DNA of 64,000 bases, from assembly GCF_000002075.1 (NCBI RefSeq), contig NW_004797808.1, positions 260,102-324,101 on the forward strand, in the 5' to 3' direction. Positions within the stretch are counted from its first letter, which is position 1; each line of letters starts with the position of its first letter. The position numbers and the translations under genes were made by a program. The notes beneath the pieces are model-generated. The model saw only the letters and a list, made by a program, of their open reading frames with translations, was not told the origin of the DNA and did no database searches. The stretch is from Aplysia californica (Eukaryota). Of the stretch, positions 60,411 through 64,000 are shown in pieces.

Positions 60411-61471
60411 GTGAAATGTCGAACTCGTGCGCAGACAGGGTGCGCACACAAAACTACTACGTTCACTGGCAATGCAATGAGGCAGCTTTGCCTAGCCTAG
60501 GCTAAAGCAAGAAACTGGTTGTTGGATCGTGAACATTTTTTACAGATTCCGTGAAATAAATGATGACTAATGCATTTGTATCCTCAGTTAATGCGTTGGC
60601 AATGCTTTTGAGTCACTGTGTTCATGCATAGAAAATATTTTGTTTTGTAACTGACGTATTCGCGATTTTATTTTTTTTGGTCGCAGTCGCAGATCACCCC
60701 CACTGGCCTTTATTTCGCAGCATCATGCATGTTATCCACCATACATTGCCGCCCAGATCAGGCCCCGGCGCCAAGAAGCAAAGCAAAAGTTTATGCGAAA
60801 CTTTTAGCCCTTGAAGTTATACAATGGGATTCGCTTCCTGGGACTGGGTATTTACATATCTAGATCTAGATTAGAATCTAGAACTTACCTTCTATGTTTT
60901 CAGTGACTCATCCTTTTTTCTTCTTTTTTTTGTAAGAGACTTTCAAAGGTGAGATTGGGTTACATGTCTCAGTCAGGGTTTTACTTGTACAACAGAGTGG
61001 TTATCCAGGTAAATTTTTACTTTCACTCCCGCACACAGATACACTGCTTCAGGGGTCAAACTGCTGTACACTGTTTGCTGCAGATCACACATAAATAATA
61101 AAGTCACTAAAACTGTCGCAAATCAATCATTTTCAGGAAAATTTCAAATCTAGGCCTAACTGTAAAATATCAAATTATGGGTTAAAACAGGGGGCATGCC
61201 CCCTGTAACCCCCCAGATTTTCTTTTACACCAGGTGGGCAGGCCCCCCTGGAACCCCCGATTGGTCCACAGCACGTCTGTCTCGATTAAGAACAATAAAT
61301 TATTTCAAAAACTATTAATTTGCGACGGAAAAGAAGTTGATATTTGTGTTCAGCGCATCAATATCTAGTAGAAAATGGACAACTGGTAGCCTATTGTGAG
61401 ACGGGAGGGAAAGTAAAAAAATACCGTTATCCGTACAATTGTGCGAACAACTCTGTCTAGATCTAGTTATC

Positions 61472-61662
61472 GGGAAGATTGAAGAATACCGGACCACCCA
61501 TACATCATACAGTATTGTTCTCCTGACAAATTATTAATGAATAGATCTACTGGTCCGAGATTCTCCATTGAGAGATCATTAAAAAAACTGGGGGAAATCA
61601 TGAATTCCTAAGGTTGAGACAGGCAAAGTCAGTCCGCTGGTCCGGTATTTTTCAATCTTACC
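61472..61662. mobile_element. MITE with 8-bp TSD and GG termini (Merlin/MULE-like)
   Basis: gggaagattgaagaataccggacca / tggtccggtatttttcaatcttacc. TSD tagttatc at 61464-61471 and 61663-61670. Confidence 0.82.
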
Positions 61663-61839
61663 TAGTTATCCGTATAAGTGTCCCCACTATTGCTACACCA
61701 TTGTACGAATAATTGCTTCAGGTATCCGTACAATAATAGGCCTACGCCTAGGCTTTCTCAGTTCCAGGCCATACAGTACAGCCCGCACGACTGGCCTCAG
61801 CATTGGAGGCCTAGCAACCGCGTTCCCAAAGGGTCAATG

Positions 61840-62515
61840 CAGAGATGCCAACCAGTACGATTTTACGTATTTTAGTACGATTTTTGGCCGAAAATACGCG
61901 AATACGACTTTTCATGAAAAAATACGCATCCTGGAATGCGAAAACTACGAGATTCAGCTTGGGCGAGTAAACTTAATTATCTCAGGTCCCATCTTTTGTC
62001 AAAATAGTATCAGTATCGCAGAACTGGAATATTTGAAAGGGAGTGTATACAGACCCGGTAACCGGGAATAAAGTCGCAAAGTATACAGACCCGGTAGGGG
62101 AACTCTTTGTGATTTCGGAAAGTTTCAGTATTCAGTACCCTCTTGGCTCAGGGTAGAACTAGGTTCTTCTAGATCTATACAGACAGATATAAATCATTGA
62201 TCTAGTTTCGAGGCTAGCCTAGATCTAGATAGATCTAAATCTAAATGAAGATTGTGGATGTCTTTTCGTTGAACGATGGTTTTTCACCCATTTTGGAGTT
62301 GGAGGAATCACAGTTTGAAGAAAAGGACATGTCATAATTTCAATCGAGCAGTCACCCTCTCTACTTCTCTCTCTCTCTCTCTCTTTCTCCCTCTCTCTCT
62401 CTGTGTATCGCTCGCATTCTCTTTTTCTTTGTTTGTCTCTGTCTTTCTTTCTCCCCACCTATTTCCCACTCCATCTTTCTCTCGTTCCCCCCTGCCCCTG
62501 CTCTCTTTCTCTCTC

Positions 62516-62547
<32 letters not shown>

Positions 62548-63000
62548 AACACACACACACACACACACTACCGGGTCTGGGCGCTGAAATTTTCCGAAAC
62601 CACAAAAGAGTTCCCCTACCGGGTCTGTATACTTCGTGACTTTGTTCCCGGTTACCGGGTCTGTATACACTTCGTATTTGAAAACCAAGTCCGATGTGGT
62701 CAGTAAGTTTTTTTGCCGGTCGCGATCGTGATATTATATTTATTTGTTCATCTTTTCCCCGTCTGGAGAGTACGTTTCACTTTCACGCGAAATGGCGGCA
62801 GGCGGAAGCGTATGCGACACCGAGGCTCGATCGGGAAAATCAAGATCAACTTTCGCTTTCGTTACCACCGAGAAGTTGTCTGATAACGCAACATTTGTGG
62901 CATGCAGATTGTGCAGAAAAACGCAATGTCGCCGTTCAAATAAAATGTAATAAATACTCTGACTCGTCGCTGTGCTGTCACTTGTGGGAAAAAAAGAAAA
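61840..63000 (+). mobile_element. 5' part of a hAT-like element with a BED-finger remnant, interrupted by a MITE
   Basis: Terminus cagagatgccaac with tacga/aatacg subterminal repeats. Downstream MAAGG...FVACRLCRK...CHL resembles a decayed BED zinc finger. Confidence 0.5.
62039..62674. mobile_element. MULE-like MITE with TIRs of about 90 bp and 9-bp TSD
   Basis: agtgtatacagacccggtaaccggga... inverted at the right end. TSD tatttgaaa at 62030-62038 and 62675-62683. Contains a (CT)n/(CA)n run and TAGATC units. Confidence 0.9.
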
Positions 63001-64000
63001 GAAAAAACAAGCATCGTCCGATTTTTAGATTGTCTGGCTCGCCATCGTGACTGGTCACTGAACCTGCGCGCATTCTCGCCATAAATAAATGCGGCATCGT
63101 AGTGAGTAAACACCGTCTTTGGTGGGAGTAACGACGTTGCGAAGTATAGGACTACGGAATAGGGAAGGAGATTATTGATTTTTTGGGGGTTTAAGATACT
63201 ATCGGGGGTTTAAGGCAACACCAGAGGACAAAAACTTGGAAGCACTTTTCAGAATTTTGATTAGAGCTTTCTGCAAAAGGCGCGTTGGTGCAGGCCGTGT
63301 GCGGAATCGGGACCCCTCATACTTTGCAAGTCTGTGTTATTGAAATAAAGTGTTCGCGTTTCATTGGATGGGTGATAGTAAATTATACCTACTTGGATTG
63401 GTGATAGTAAATTATACCTACAGAGTATGTTGTAGCTTTCTGTTCAAGACTGGCAGATTTTCAGTGTCACAGCATCTTACCCTACCACAGTTGTTACAAT
63501 TCTCACAGTGCATGGGTCTACTTGAGCCATTCAAGTTATTGCTTTTCTCTGAGTTTGAGCAATAATTTGAGTCTGTCAGTTCATAATATGAATCAAGACA
63601 CCCAGACTGGTTCTTGATAGTCGAAATTCTTGTTCTAGGCCCTTCCGAACTCTCAAAGCAGGATTTATTTTTTATATAATAATGAGAGGAAAATATTATA
63701 TAATAGACTGAAATACGTAAGTCGAACAAGACCCCAGTACAACATTGACCACTGACATGTTGTTGACTGGATACATGTATATTGTACGCGTGTGTGCTCC
63801 CTTTTTCAAGCTGGTGAGCTAGTAATTTTTTTGCTGGACACCCTGAACATTTTACTATATCTGATTGGTCGACCATCAATGATTTATTTATAGAGGCACC
63901 AGCCATCCATGTCCAGGTGCTGGTTTAGCCTACTGGTTAGTCGGTCGGTCGTGGGGAATACACATTTTCACCTGAAAATACACATTTTCATATTTCCCAA

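Overview
Repeat-rich, AT-rich metazoan genomic scaffold with six N-gaps. The repeat content suggests a mollusc, probably a gastropod, but this is inference. Three host genes are supported: (1) SmD3/SNRPD3, + strand, two coding exons (6521-6833, 12437-12498), 124 aa; (2) an 8-finger C2H2 zinc-finger gene, + strand, single coding exon (27630-29408); (3) NOC4L, - strand, 14 coding exons reconstructed by hand from 60041 to 34473, all GT-AG with consistent phases, about 473 aa. The rest is mostly transposon debris: two decayed RTE-clade LINEs, a Buster/Charlie hAT next to the SmD3 promoter, a decayed 3.9-kb Sola1-like element, an internally deleted mariner, many pogo/Tigger-, piggyBac-, MULE/Merlin- and hAT-type MITEs (several with intact TSDs), and several SINE and LINE-tail families. 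The most striking unexplained signal is a set of (TAGATC)n arrays sitting just downstream of first-exon splice donors and promoters. Most variant units parse as TA + a prefix of GAT + a suffix of ATC + TA. Parallel TA[GGC/GCC]TA and TA[CAG/CTG]TA series also occur. I propose these are accumulated excision footprints of TA-targeting transposons, recording germline-open chromatin. No CRISPR arrays, rRNA genes or convincing intact tRNA genes were seen.
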